This document shows positions 33,386-46,936 of a DNA stretch of 64,000 nucleotides, one piece after another. The position numbers were made by a program, and so were the translations under genes. Positions within the stretch are counted from its first letter, which is position 1, and the number at the start of each line of letters is the position of its first letter. The notes under the pieces were generated by a model. It searched no databases. It saw nothing but the letters and a program-made list of their open reading frames with translations, and had not been told where the DNA came from. Origin of the DNA: Lama guanicoe (lineage: Eukaryota); assembly GCA_013239625.1 (NCBI GenBank), contig MU054338.1:2482977-2546976 (forward strand), in the 5' to 3' direction.

Positions 33386-36300
33386 TATGATCTAATACGC
33401 TAAGTATTTCACATACTTCTCTGGTTACAGTCTGCTCCTCACCGTGGGACCCATGAGAGCAGGGGCCCTTGGTCTGATCACTGCTGTATGCCAGCACCAC
33501 CGGAACAGAGCTTGGCATACAGTCGGCGCTCAATAGATACTGAGAGACGGTCGTTGGTAGGAGTTGCAGGGAGGAAATGGCGCTCACCCATGGCTCAGAT
33601 ACTTGTCTGTCTCCTGTTTTCTCCTCCGCGTGGTGTGGGGTGAGAGGAAACGCCGTCAGCACGGGCTCCGCCTAACTCGTTGGCTGGACACAGCTGCCCA
33701 GCTCGCTCACACTTTAATGCAAGGAGTTTACCCCCAGGAGGTGATGCCCAAGAGTTAGTTACATAACCATCTGGGAAGAAAGAGTCTAAGGGACGGGGCA
33801 CGTTCACCCCAGAAAGGAGAGTTGGAGGATCTCCAGCTCCACAAAACCTCGGTCAGCGGTCAGCAAGGCGCTGAGGGCAGAACTAGGCTGATGGCGACAC
33901 AAAACGGATGCAGACTATATGAACTCAAATGGTCTGATATGTACGTGCTTTATCCGGCCGTCCCCGTGCAAAAGCGAAACGGGCCGATGGGGGCCGTCTG
34001 GAGCTTCCTGCCGACTGTGTCCCAGGCGAAGCTGCGACGTTGAGGGCATCACCCCCTCATTTGAGAGTCTTGGCCCTCTCCCAAATCTAGTCATTCTCAC
34101 TGTCTACATTTCATGCACATACTCGTGGTTCTGAAAGCGATAGGTGTCCCATCTCAAAACAGCCGAGAATCTCTTGTCTGCCCAGTACTGTTGTCTGCAG
34201 GAATACAGGTATTTTGGGAAAGAGACAGCGATCTCGTTGGTGCCGGCCTCCGGTTCTCTCACCGTTAGAATGTCTTGCTCTGGGTTCCCTTCTACCAGTC
34301 TTTCTCTTCAACTCAATATAAGGAGTGCTAATGCCTAGGTGTGTAGAAAGGGGGTCTAATGGCGCACAGACCTGGCAGTTTGGGCGAATTAAGGATCATT
34401 TTTGGCAAGGACTCCTGCTGGAGTTAGGGATGCTCCGGAATGGGCAAGAGCTGCCTTTGAGAGCGGTCCCTCGCTCCAGGTGTGGGAGATAGGTTTCCTC
34501 CCATGGAAAAGGTGGAAGCAGATAGGTTTGGAGGCATCTCCAACCAGTCCCAGCATTGCTTACTGTCCCGTCCACAAAGTCTGGCCCCTACCGAGACCGA
34601 AGCTTTCTTGGGTCCAGACTTCAAGAGCCTCCTGATTCAACCCCTCCTCCAGGCAGCAAACCCCAGCCCCTCCTGGATGTTAAAAATTCTCTGATGACCG
34701 CAGAGGGCTCATCTTGCTTACTCTAATTTTATTTCAAGTAGCACAGGGGAACCAAGAGGGCACGAGCTGTGGAACTGAACGACTACAGGGTCTGATTCCA
34801 GTTTCCAATGGGCTTGCTCGGCCACCCTGAGCAGCTCTTCGAGCATCTTTGTACCTCGGTTTTCCTACCTATAAAACGGAGACAATAATCTCTGGCTCAC
34901 AAAGTCACAGGAATTCAATGAGGCGCGTGGGGCGAGGCGGCCGAGATGGGCTGTGAAAACGAGGAGGGCTGCCCGCAGGGGTTGCCACCCTCGGTATCAG
35001 CATCATTCGTATCAGCTCTGTCTGATTCACACCAGTTCCTTTTTTCCATCCCCCCCATAAAAAGAGACCCCCCTCCCAAGCCTTGTGGAGACAAAATGGG
35101 GCTGATTGCAGCTGCAAATGTGAATTTCAAGTGAGCCTCCCCAGCTGCAGAGGGTTCCTCTCCCTTTTCAGTAGTTCAGTGTTTGCAGGACAGTGGCCTG
35201 GCTGTGTGGCCCTGGGTCGAGAACACGCTTTGGTCCAGGCGTCTGTCCTCCTCATTCTGGGGGAAGTGAGCACAGCTCCTTAACACGGAGTCCAGCTGCG
35301 TCCCAACATAAGCACCTCTGTCTGGCGCCAGACAACCCCCAATTCTATTCCTCCCAGCCCAGCGATCCCTGCCTGGGGGCATCTTCGAGCTGCCCCAGGC
35401 GTGCCCACAGCCCCTCCTGCTGCCGTCATTTTGTGGCATCTTCCTGCACCGCCTGCTTTTCTGCAGGTTCCTGTGGATCCTGAGCTGGGAGCAGCCTGAA
35501 GATGATCTGCCTCACGGCCTTGTTTCCCAATTCATTCATTCTAGTGCTAGGTAGGCACCGACAGGATGCCACACCCTGGGCAAGACACTGGGAACACGTG
35601 GAAAACGGGGGAGTCTGGGGCAGATGAACAGACAGAGGTGCTGGAAATTGCAGAGAAGGAGAAAGGGCAGATTTATCTGAGCATCTGAAACTCCAAAATC
35701 GCTGATAAATAATGTTTGACGCCTTTCAGCAGTTTCCCTCTTTGGTTCCCTTGGCTTAACTTTGCAGGAGTCCTGTTACTCAGCGCCAGTGCTGCTGGCC
35801 CAGCTTTGAGCCTTAGAAAAGCCTGCGTACGCCCAGAAAGAGTTTTGGCTGCTACTGCGCACCAGAAGTGGCCACGGTCGGGCAGAAACGGAGGCTGGGC
35901 AGCCCTGGACGGGACACTGAGGCGGCACTGCCAACCTTCATGCCACCAAAGCTGGGGGCACCAGTCACGAAGCAGGAGGCATGGTCATACGTCCTGAGGC
36001 CCACATGTTATGCCCAACTCCTCCGTTTCACACCAGGAGTCACAGTGAGCCAGAGGCTAGGATCTGAGGGTAGAACTAGATCTGGGAGCTGCCTCTGAAG
36101 CCAGAACTATTGCAACAACAGTTATTTCAGGGTGACAGGTGTTTCTAGATTTTGGCCTTCCCCTGCCACTTACATAATGTGGCACTCAGTCCTTCCTCAC
36201 TCAGTCCTTCCTTCAGCCAACCCTTGCTGAGGGCCGCTGCTCCGCAGTCAGGCCTGTGACTGGCTCACCAGAGCAAGAGAGGAAGAGGCACTTCCCCCCC

Positions 36301-36664
36301 TTCAAGGCCTCACAGTCTGCCCAGGGAGCAGGCACTCAGCACTCAGGACCACAGACTCGGCGCTAGGGGAGGCTTCGAGACAGAGTGCAGGGGCGGGTGG
36401 AGGTCAGGCCCCGACAGGGCCTCCTGGAGGGTGCTGACCCAGCCTTAAAGGCGTGGCAGCTTCACCAGGCAAAAAAAGCAGGAAGGGGCCTCTAGGCAGA
36501 GGTGGCGGGATGCGCAGAGGCACGGGGGCAAAGAGGACCTTGGTGGCAGGGGACGCAGCGCGCGAGCCTGGCCTGGTTATGGGTGTCGGGTCGGCAGGCT
36601 CACACGCGCCGCGTCCAGCAGGGGTGCCCAGGAGAGGATCTTGGATTTCCCGCTGAAAGGGTGC

Positions 36665-37105
36665 GTGAGTTTCCCAGGGCTGTCATGGCAAGGAACCGCA
36701 AACTGGGCAGCTGAAAACAGCAGAAATGATTCTCTCACAGTTCTTAAAGTGGCTTAAAGTCCCAAATCCAGGTGTCAGCAGGGCCATACCCCTGAAGGCT
36801 CAGGCAAGGGTGCTTCCTGCCCCGCCCCTTCCAGCTTCCAGGAGTGGCCGGCAGTCCTTGGCTTGTAGGCGCATCTCTCCAGCCTCTGCCTCCACCTGCG
36901 CACAGCTTTCTCCTCTGCGTGTCTGTATCCAAACTTCCTTCTTCTTATAAGCGCACCACTGACTGGATGTAGGGCCCACCTCGCTCCTCAGGATGACCTC
37001 ATCTTAACTTAATATCTGCAATGACCCTGTTACCAAACAGGTCGCATTCCCAAGTACTGGGGGTTAAGACCTATGTCTTGTGGGGGACGCAGTGCAACCC
37101 ACACC
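36665..37105. mobile_element. MLT1-type LTR (MLT1C-like)
   Basis: cccagggctgtcatggcaaggaaccgcaaactgggcagctgaaaacagcagaaatgattctctcacagttct...gatgacctcatcttaact. Confidence 0.85.
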
Positions 37106-38128
37106 GGAAGACTAGAGCCACACGGTACACCTGGAGTATTAGGGGGAGCCCCGCTTTCCACGCGGGGTAAATTTACACAGGCTGCCCATCCCAGGCTGAG
37201 AACAAGTGCTGTAGGGAACCACCTGGATCCATTTTAAGTTTGTGGACGGGGTTCAGCTCTGCATGAGCTGAGGTGTTCCGGGAGCTTGGGGAAATAACTA
37301 GATCTCACCTGGCCCTGAAAACTGCAGCCCTGTGGGCCTGTGGGGTTGGTGCACATGTGCAGACTGGGCACAAGGGGGCAATAGAGGGCAATGCCTGGAC
37401 TCGCCTTACCACTGGAAAGGGTTCAGCCCTCCAGGTGTCCTCCAGTTTAGCCTCGGTTTCCCCCTCTGTGAAATGGGCTTCTACCTGCCTCATAGGGATT
37501 CTGTAAGGAGCAAATAAGATGCTGTCAACATTACAGCACAGTGAGTGCCCTGTCCGTGGGCAAATTATTGTTTCAGCTGATTCTGGAGCAACAGGATTGC
37601 AGCCTGGGGCTGATGGGTGCGGGGGAGGCAGCGTAAATGAGGGAAGGAGCTGGAAGGAAATTCCAACACCCAGGTGAGCAGGGGTGATGGGCAGTCACCT
37701 CCTGGTGGTTTTTACCATGCACAAAGTGCAGATCCGATTCAAGAAAAGCCGGCAATCTCGACTTTTTTGTCACATCTCTGATTTGACAGCAAATTTTAAA
37801 TGTTGTGGGATGCTGTGTTGGCAGGACAAAACCGGGTGGGGGGTTGCATCAGCTGTCAGTCTGCAATTTCAGAGCGCGATTGTGGGTGACCTTGCAGGTA
37901 GGCGGTGCGCCTCCTGTCCTGTGGGACCCAGGGCTTGCTTGTGAGTTGCCAGTGCCCTCCTCATGTTGAGAGCAGGGGCATCAGCTACAGACCAGAGGCA
38001 CGGAGCAACGTGCTACTGGGAATGGCGTGTGAGTTGAGTCTTCAGCCTCGATCTGAAAGAAAAGAAGATGCCTCTTTAAAACCTTCTGACTTCATCTGAA
38101 GCTTGCTTTTTTCTTTTAAAAATTGAGG

Positions 38129-38215
38129 TGGCAGGGAGGCTATAACTCACTGGTAGAGCATGTGCTCAGCGTGCACGAGGCCCTGGGTTCAATCCCCGGT
38201 GCCTCCGTTAAAAAC
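38129..38215 (+). mobile_element. tRNA-Ala-derived SINE (short)
   Basis: gggaggctataactcactggtagagcatgtgctcagcgtgcacgaggccctgggttcaatccccggtgcctcc. Confidence 0.88.
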
Positions 38216-38219
38216 AGAG

Positions 38220-38690
38220 AAATGATATGAAATTTACATAAAATTAACCATTTTAAAAACACAACTCACATGTTGTGAAACTATCAACTCTCTCTAGTTT
38301 CAAGACATTCCATCACCCCAAAATGAAACCCCACCGCCATCAGCAGTCACCCCCAACCTCCTGGCAACCACCTCCTGTGTCTGAGGACTGGCCTGTTCTG
38401 GAGGTTTCACATCCATGGAGTCACATACTGTGTGTCCTTCTGTGTCTGCTTCTCTCACTGAGCATCGTGCTCTTAGGGTCCGCCCACGTGAGAAAGGGTG
38501 TCAGGGCTGCTCTCCTTTTCACAGCTGAGTGATGTTCCATCGTATGGATGGACCAAGTTTTGTGCGTCCAGTCATCACCTGATGGACATCTGGGTTGTTT
38601 CCACCTCTTGGCTGCTGTGAATCGTGCTGCTGTGAGCATTTGGGTAGGCGCTTACGTGTGGATGTGTCTTCATTTCCTTTGCTATTTTGA
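38220..38690 (-). mobile_element. L1M fragment
   Basis: aaaattaaccattttaaa...ttccatcaccccaaaatgaaacccc...gatggacatctgggttgtttccacctcttggctgctgtgaat. Confidence 0.85.
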
Positions 38691-39269
38691 CCTTTGACCT
38701 CCACAGAGCAGGGCAACATCCATTTCATCCTTTACCTCCAAGACACGCCAAAGCACCTGGCAGGTAGTGGTTACTCAAAGAGCATTCAAAACAAGGTGAA
38801 TGGGTGAGAGGTGAGTGGGGCAGGCAGAGGGAGGAAAGGCATGGATAGATTGCCCCCCGCAGAGGGTGCCAGCTCGTGCCCTACAAGGAGCAGAGGCGCG
38901 GGAATAAATGGTTCTGTGAAAAGGAAGGAAAAAGCATTCTACCATCCTTCCCCATCCCCCTTTTCAGCTGAGCTGGCACTGCAGTTACAGAGATGAATTA
39001 GCGCTGCAGCGCTTCCCTGAGTCAGCACGCCCTGCGGCCAGAGCCTCTAACGCCCCATGCACTCTGCAAAACCCTCTGCCTGGAACTGGGTATTTCCCTG
39101 GGGAGCAAAGGAGCAGGAGAACCTGGGTCAAAATCAGTCAGTGGGAGCTGTGGTCCAAAAATCAGTCCGAGCCTTGCCAGAGAAACAGGTCTTATTTTGC
39201 AAATTCGTGTTCCAGCAAGCATTAAAGGGGCACAGATACAGAGTTGGCTGCCTTTCTTTTGTCTTTAAG

Positions 39270-40310
39270 CTGACTTTTTAGAAGTTTTAGATGTACAGGA
39301 AAAGTTGCAAAAATATTACAGGAAGTTCCGCATACGCCCCACCCCGCATCCAGTTTCTCCTGTGGTTAACAGCTTACATTAGGCTGATATGTTTGTTACA
39401 GTTAATAAACTGATACTGATACACTGTTGTTAACTGAAGTCCACAGTGTATTCAGATTTCCACAGTCCTTTCCTCCTAATATCCTTTTTCTTTCCCAAGA
39501 TCTCATCCAAGATCCCATGTAACATTTATTGGGCGGGGGAGGGCAGTTAATTACAGTTTTTATTTCTTTACTTACATTTTTTTTAAAATGGAGGTACTGG
39601 GGACTGAACCCAGGACCTCGTGCACGCTAAGCACGCACTCCACCACTGAGCTCTACCCTCCCCCCACCCGTGTGACATCCAGGCGTCACGTCTCCTCAGG
39701 CCCCTCTGGGCTGTGACAGGTTCTCAGACGTTCCTTGTTCCTGATGCCCTTGACGGCTCTGAGCAGGACTGAGGTCAGGGCTTCCGCAGGGCTTCAGCGG
39801 GAATTTGTCTGGTGCTTTTCTCATGGCTGGACTGGGCGCTGGGAGGAGGAGCACACGTGAAGGGCCGTCTCCATCGTATCGGGGTGCCTGCCGTCAACAT
39901 GCCTCGTCACTGCTGACGTTGACCTTGGTCCCCTGGCTGAGGTCGTGTTGGTCAGGTGTCTCCACCGGAAAGCCCCGCCTCCTCCCTTCCCACGCTGTCC
40001 CCTTTGGGAGGAAGTCACCATGCCCAGCTCACGCTGGCAGAGAAGGGAGTTACTCTCCATCCCCTTCAGGACAGAGTGTCTAGACGCGTTATTTGAAATT
40101 CTTTTGTGCTGGAAAAATGTGTCTCTTCTCCCCTGTATTTATTTACTCAATTATTTATTTATATCCATATGAACTCGCGGACATTTTATTTCTTACTTTG
40201 GCTCGCAATCCAATCAATACTTCATGATTTATTTTGTTGCTCAGACCATGCCAGCGTTGGCCATGGAGTGTTCCTTCAGTTGACGGCCGTGTCCGTTGGA
40301 CAACTTCTGG
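39270..40310 (-). mobile_element. Old L1M 3'UTR fragment interrupted by a tRNA-derived SINE
   Basis: gaagttttagatgtacaggaaaagttgcaaaaata...ttgttacagttaataaactgatactgatacactgttgttaactgaagtcc; continues after 39667. Confidence 0.7.
39526..39665 (-). mobile_element. tRNA-Ala-derived SINE
   Basis: atggaggtactggggactgaacccaggacctcgtgcacgctaagcacgcactccaccactgagctctaccctcccc. Degenerate TSD cccatgtaacat / cccgtgtgacat. Confidence 0.9.
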
Positions 40311-40676
40311 CTCCATTTAATAGCAACAATTCGTCGGAGATCTAACTCTGCAGGGTCAGATCATGAAGAATGCTCTTTATATTCCAAAGTGTATGAAACT
40401 GTGTGACACTGGACGAGACCCTCCTTCTCTCTGGGCCTCAGCTTTCCCCGATCAGGAAAAGGGGGGAAAAGGGCTGAATATTTATTAGACGAGCTGATTG
40501 GGGCCCTCCAGCGCTGGTGGTTTATAACTTTCTGGGCTCATGAACAGATGTGTTTTGTCCCAACATTTCCCCAAACTAAACAGATTTTGTTGCTATCACT
40601 TTGTCTGAACTGCACGCTCCTGTGGCTGGACTTGTGGTGCCTGGTGGCTGCTGTCCGACCCTGGCTGGGTCTGCAG

Positions 40677-40735
40677 GCCACTCCCAGAAGAGACGGGCAC
40701 GGACTTGCTTGGAAGCCCCACAGAAGACACATCCT
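40677..40735 (+). CDS. ATCAY: ATCAY exon 3 (59 nt)
   Basis: (R)PLPEETGTDLLGSPTEDTS(S). Acceptor ctgcag, donor CCT|gtaagt. Phases fit exons 2 and 4. Confidence 0.95.
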
Positions 40736-41604
40736 GTAAGTTTCCATGCGTGCGGAAATGGGCACACAGTCTGGGCTCTGCCCGGGACTGTAACTATAGA
40801 AATGTCAGAGGCCATGCCTCCTTGGTGGAATGTCAGGGAAGGGGGTTGTTCTGCTCCAAGGTCTGCAGGGAAAGCCAGAGACGTGTGTGGGCACCATCGT
40901 GAAGTTGGTACACCATGTTGCTGTGTGTCCTTGAGCTGGTTGCTCAGCCTCTCTGTGCCTCCGATTTCTCATCTACTATGTGCAGATAGTGAGCATCCCA
41001 CAGAAGGGGCATGCAAGGATTCAATGAGATGATTTGTGTAAGGTGCCCAGGGGATGCCAGGCACAAAGCTAGCCCTGGAGGTGGGGGATTCTGCTGCCCC
41101 AAGCACTCAGGAGGGCTCATGGCTCTGCAGATCCAAAGCCCCAGACTTTGAGGACAAGGGTCTGGGACAGCCAGAGGAGCTACCTCGAACTTGTGTTCTC
41201 CTCAACTGCATCTCCTTACAGAATCCTGCTGAGGGTCCCTTCTCTGCCTGCATCTCCTCCGTGTAGCCCATCACAGTGTCCACCCTCCAGGGGAAAGACC
41301 ACCCAGAGAGGGACAGCTACATCCCTGAGGTCACACGGCAGTGAGAGCCAGCTCTGCCTACCCCTGCTCCACACTGTGCTCATGGGCCAGGTGGGGGGAC
41401 CAACTTGTCCCAGCTTGCTGGGGCCCATCAGGATGAGGGTCACCCTACAGTACCAGCCCTTCTTCTGGCCTGAGCACATGGACTCTGTTCAGTGTTGTCA
41501 CATCTCCACAGGGTGACCTTGGGTGAGTCCCTTCACCCCTCTGGGCCTCCATTTCTACTTCTGTAAAACGAGGGGTATGTAACAACAGTATCCCCACTTC
41601 CTGG

Positions 41605-42200
41605 GTGTGGCTGGCCCCAGAGATATCCAGATTCTAAATCCTAGAACCTATGAATGTTCACTCCCATGACAAAAGGAATTTTACAGCTGGAATTTAGTTA
41701 AGGAAATTGTGATGGGGAGATGTGATCGTTAATTGTATGTATGCACTTGACTGGGCCACGGTACCTAGATATGTGGTCAAACATTATTCTAGATGTTTCT
41801 GTGGAGGGTGTTTTTCAGATGAAATTTACATGTAAGTGAGTGGACTTTGAGTAAAGCAAATTGCCTTCCATTGTGTGGGTGGGCTGCGTCTAATCAGTCG
41901 AAGGGCTCAAGATGGAGGAAAAAGACTTAGGTGTGATTCATCCTGGGGCAAAATTCCTCTCCTGCTGTGAACCCCTGAAATCAGGCAAGTTATATGCTTC
42001 CAAAATACGATGGTGGGATGGGCGCAGAATAGAGATTCTCATTCCAAATGGGAGAAATTGGAAAGAGGAAGGAGTAACGGGTCCCGGCAAGCCTGAAACG
42101 TGGCAGGGCGAATCCCACTAGGCATTTGTTAGGGCAGCTTCTACTAGGTTTTAAGGCTGGAGAATAACGTTTGGCTCAATGCTCTGTCCTCCAGATCCAC
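41605..42200. mobile_element. Composite of LTR fragments (MLT1-like, MLT2-like at 41720-41910, MaLR internal-like)
   Basis: cttgactgggccacggtacctagatatgtggtcaaacattattctagatgtttctgtggagggtg is typical of MLT2. Confidence 0.75.
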
Positions 42201-43130
42201 GCAGTGGCATTACTGCCGCCTCCCTTCCCTGCCCCTTCAGTCTTACTGTCACCATGTTAGGACCTGCAGTTGACGCCAGCAGGAAGAGTGGGAATATTTT
42301 AAATCAAGCACGCCTGATTCACCGCTCCCAGCCCACCTCCTGTCTAAAAGGCGGTGAGCTGAGAGGCCTGGGTTCAGATCTCTGGGCAAGTCACTGCCTC
42401 AGTGTCCCCGTCTGTAGAGGGGTAACACTGCCCACCACACAAGGTCATGGTGAGATCTAGATATCCTGTCAGTGCCCAGCACGTAGCAGGCACTTGATAA
42501 ATGTGACTGTTGGGTTTTTATCATTTTCTGCCAAAGCATGTCTTTACATCCCAGGGTCCCTGAAGCAATCACCTCTGACCTACTGCTTAGGGACTGAGAA
42601 ATTCAAAGTGGAAGAATTGTGACGAGCTGGTCCACGTAATTACAGATCAATGAATGTCATCGTCTGATACAAAAGGGATGGGACTCTCCTACTGGTTTAT
42701 GTATTTTGTCCTCACAGGCCAGGTCACAAAACTGGGGTGAATTCCCAAGGTCTCTGGAAGATCAGTGTCTTCCCCTAGAGCTGGCTTTGGGGGAGGTGAT
42801 GGCTTTTCTCCCACATAAGCCCATAAACCCAGAAACTGGAGGGGCTAGTCCGCTCAGCTGGTATCAGATGGCTTTAACCCCTTGGGGGCAGCCCACAAGG
42901 GGCCCAGAGTCCAGGCTAAGAGTCCCTAGGAGGAAGCAGTCCAAACCATGGGGAATATCCACCCCGACCGCTCCAGAGTGCTGTGGGAGGACCCCGGGCC
43001 TCTGTGCCTCCATTTGCTCTTCTGTTAAAGGGGGCAGTAGCAGAGCTGGACCAGGAGAACGCTGGGGAGAGCTTCTCAGAGAGCCTGGCCCCTGCTACGC
43101 AATCAGCAAATGTTGGTTATTAAAGACTCG

Positions 43131-43290
43131 AGGGCAGAGGGTATAGCTCAGTGGTACAGCGCGTGCCTAGCGTGCAGGAGGTCCTGGGTTCAATCCCCAG
43201 TACCTCCATTAAAAAATAATAAATAAATAAATCTGATTACCCCCCACCCATGCCAAAAAAAAAAAAAAGTAAAACAAAAAAAGACAGAGA
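43131..43290 (+). mobile_element. tRNA-Ala-derived SINE with A-rich tail
   Basis: gagggtatagctcagtggtacagcgcgtgcctagcgtgcaggaggtcctgggttcaatccccagtacctcca, then (AATA)n and poly-A. Confidence 0.92.
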
Positions 43291-43748
43291 TAAAAAGCAG
43301 AACGTGGACATCGTCTGCCGGCCTTACCCAGCGGGAACAACAGTCACGCGTATTGGTAGGTCTGGAGCCCAGGCTGCCTGGGGTCTAACCCCCCCGTCAT
43401 TTGACCTTGGTTCCACCTTGACCTGACTCACCTCCTATGAGTTCCATTTTGCAGACGGTAAAGGTGAGTCAAGCTCAGAGCAAGGTGGCACTGCAGGGTC
43501 ACAGAGCTAGTGAGGAGCGAGATCAGGCTTTGAGCTCGGGTCTGCCCAACGTCCAGGCACCCGCCCTGGACCTCCGAGCCAGACGGCTGCAGTAACTGCT
43601 GTCGGGAAAGGACGGCCTCTGACTTCCCACCGCTCCCCACGATGGGATGGAGAGGAGCCCCACAGGGTCGGGAACAGGAGAGAGCGGAAAAGAAAGAACA
43701 GCTGACTAGTTCGGTTTGGTTTTTTTCTGTTTTCCTGTTGCCCCACAG

Positions 43749-43970
43749 CCCCTCCCAACACGCTGAACTTCAATGGGGCTCATCGGAAGCGGAAGACGCT
43801 GGTCGCCCCCGAGATCAACATTTCCCTGGACCAGAGCGAGGGCTCGCTCCTGTCCGACGACTTCTTGGACACCCCTGATGACCTGGATATCAACGTGGAC
43901 GACATCGAGACCCCCGATGAGACCGACTCGCTGGAGTTCCTGGGGAACGGCAACGAGCTGGAGTGGGAAG
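43749..43970 (+). CDS. ATCAY: ATCAY exon 4 (222 nt)
   Basis: [73 protein letters not shown](D). BNIP2-family region with the ELEWED kinesin-light-chain-binding motif across the exon 4/5 junction. Confidence 0.98.
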
Positions 43971-44434
43971 GTGAGGGCAAGTGGCTCCGCGCCTGCCGGG
44001 CCCCAGATCAGCCTCCAGTGCTCCTCTGGGCTTCCGGGACCAGCTTGCCAGAGCCCCACCCCCTCCATCCCCACAGGCTCAGGTGGGGCAGGGCGTCTAA
44101 CCTGGGTCTCCAGGATCAGCCCCTGGGACTCCGTGCACACGTTTTAGTGGACTTGTGGCTTTTCTGGGGGGCATGGCCTTCACCTGATTCTCAAAGGTGA
44201 CCGAGACCAGAAGGAAGTGCCTCTCCCCAGTTCCACAAGTGTTTGTGGGGCAGGTCCCGAGTGCCGTGCGGTGGGCAGAGAGGGCAGGGATGTGTCAGGA
44301 ACAGGCAGTGCCCGCCTGCCTGAGCAGCAGTCGGAAAGCCAGGCCCTGGGTAACGAAGCACACGCGCACGAGGTGGTTGCCCCTGGTAGTCCGTGCTGTA
44401 GGGAAATGAGGTGGTGGAGAGGGGAGAGGGCTCG

Positions 44435-44620
44435 CCTGGGTGCTTCTGCTCCCCCAAGGGACACTAGGTGGTGTCTGGGGACATCTGTGGTTGTCCGGGC
44501 TCCTGGCATCAGGTGGGTGGGGCCAGGGATGCTGCTCCACATCCTGCAGTGCCCAGCACGGCCCCTCAGAGAGAATAACCAGCCCCAAACGTCAGAAGTG
44601 CCCGGGCTGAGCACCCCGAG
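44435..44620 (+). mobile_element. MER20-like DNA transposon
   Basis: ctgctcccccaagggacactaggtggtgtctggggacatctgtggttgtc...ggccagggatgctgctccacatcctgcagtgc...cagccccaaacgtca. Confidence 0.8.
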
Positions 44621-45255
44621 CCAGGGGAACCGGGTGGGAAGGCTCTTTTGCAGGGTTGCCTGGACAGGCCTCGCTGGGTGGGTGTTATTTGAGCTGACAT
44701 CCCGAGGCAAGAACACAGGTCAGAAAGGCAGCGGTGGTGGTGGCCGTGGGGACAGAAGCTGCCACACTTGCTGGGTAGATGTGGAGAATGAAGGGGAAGG
44801 GGTCAGAGGGGATGCCTGGGTTTGGGGCCCTAGTCGCTGGGAATATGACGGCCATTTTCTGAGGCAGGAAGACTGCAGGATGACAGGCAGGAAAGAGGCA
44901 GATGTTTTAAGAGTGGTTAAGAACTCTGAGAAGCCCAGAGAGGCAAAGAATGTGTGCAAGGTCACACAGCAAGAAACGGCTCTACCTAGACGACCGCCTG
45001 ACTGGGGGCTTTCCTGTGTTCCATGGTGTTCTTTGGGAAAAAAGCAAATTATTATTTGGGTGTGACTTTTCGACTCCCAGACCCTCCATTTTGCCCAGTA
45101 GCCCCAACCTAACACTGTCTGTCAGCAAAGCGCAGGATGAGTGATTTTGCCCAAGGCCTGGGGCTAGAGGAGTGGGCTCCGCAGAGAGGGAGGCTAGGAC
45201 AAGATGTCTGGATTCAGGCACCCTTCGGCTCACCTTTCTCCTGGCCTGCTTCCAG

Positions 45256-45441
45256 ATGACACCCCCGTGGCCGCCGCCAAGAATATGCCTGGGGATAGCG
45301 CAGATCTGTTTGGGGATGGTTCAGCTGAGGACGGCAGTGCCGCCAATGGGCGTCTGTGGCGGACAGTGATCATCGGGGAACAGGAACACAGAATTGATCT
45401 GCACATGATCCGGCCCTACATGAGAGTGGTGACCCACGGAG
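45256..45441 (+). CDS. ATCAY: ATCAY exon 5 (186 nt)
   Basis: [61 protein letters not shown]. Acceptor ttccag, donor GAG|gtgaga. Confidence 0.98.
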
Positions 45442-45837
45442 GTGAGACCACACCCCTCTGGTCCCCTCCCAACTCCAGCGGGGCCACTGGAGGCCCATCA
45501 GTGGTCCTCTCTGGACCTCTGTCTCTTCTTCTGAGCCACGTGCCCAGGGGTGTATGGGGGGTGAAACTCACATGGGAGCAAGGCATAGACGTGCCGGGCA
45601 CACACAGGAGGTGCCCATGAGGGTGGCTGGTGCCCCCCACCAAAGGCTGAGACAGGTCAAGGGTTTTCTGGCTTCTCCAGCCAGACTCAGAGCTGTACCC
45701 TCTGAGTGTGGGCAGCGGGTGGGAAGGGGCTGACCAGCAACGAGGCGGGCGCATGGGGAAGAGCACAAGGCTGCTCACAGCTGGGAGAGGGCTCTGCCTG
45801 TCTCTTCCTGGGGCCGCTCACTGGCCGCCTCTCCCAG

Positions 45838-45940
45838 GGTACTACGGCGAAGGCCTCAACGCCATCATCGTCTTCGCTGCCTGCTTCCTCCCGGACAGTA
45901 GCTCCCCCGACTACCACTACATCATGGAGAACCTCTTCCT
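45838..45940 (+). CDS. ATCAY: ATCAY exon 6 (103 nt), BCH/CRAL-TRIO domain
   Basis: [34 protein letters not shown](L). Acceptor ctcccag, donor CCT|gtaagt. Confidence 0.98.
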
Positions 45941-46936
45941 GTAAGTGGCCCGCCCGCTCTGTCCCAGCTGCCAACCGATCTGAAAGTCCCAGCCGGTGGG
46001 CCAGACCAGCCTGCAAGAACTATGTTGGGTGGGGGCTTGGCCTGGCACCAGGGAGGTCTGTGCCGCCAACAGCCCTCGATCTGAGGCCCCTGCTCGCCCA
46101 CTGGTCTTTGTCAGCATCACTGACATTTATGGGGTGTTTACTATGTGGCAGCCGTGAAGCTAAGGGCTTAGTAAGTGATAACACATTCCACCCCCCACAT
46201 GACCCTGTTGCCTCCCATTCTGTGGCTGTAGAGCCTGAGGCACAGAGAGGTTAAGTCTCTTGCCCAAGGACACACAGGTCAGTTTCATTATGATGGAGAC
46301 AGAGAACACTTATAATGCACCTGGCTGGTGACAGTCAGAGCTTAGTAAGTCATTATCACTCTTACCGTAAGCATGAAGATTTCCTTCACCAAGCAGGGCT
46401 TGGGTGCCAGGTGGGCCAGAAGATGAGGAGGTACCCAGGGATGGTCAGCTCAGAAAGTTACCCGAGATTCCAGGGAGCCCAGTCTCCCCAGTTTACAGAT
46501 GGGGAAGTAGAGGCTGAAGGAGAGGTGGGGCTGGCACAGACCCCAGGCCCCTAACATCTGGCCCAGTGGACCGCCCGCTGTGGGCGCCTGCCCCCCAGGT
46601 ATATCTGGGGCCGCTGAAGCCGCCTCCCAGGGCGAATGGAGATTAGTGGAGACATTAGATGCTGTCACGCGTATAAATCTCTTGGCACCCAATAAGCACT
46701 CAATGAAATAGTTAACTGCTACAATCATTACACCCACTGGCACAGACTTGGGGCCACCCACCCCCACCCCGAGTGTGCTAGCAAGGCCAACACCATCTGA
46801 ACAGGTGTGGCTGGCGCAGCCGGGGCAGGCAGAAGCAGACAGGGCAGGTACCGCAGGGGTTCAGTCCCGGGCACCGGGGCTTCCTGACCCTGAGCCCCTC
46901 TCGCCGGGTCCCCTGTCCTCTGTGCACCGTCACCAG

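Noticed and set aside
44217..45065. 282-aa plus-strand ORF in ATCAY intron 4
   Set aside because: Runs through a MER20 element and shows no domain similarity.
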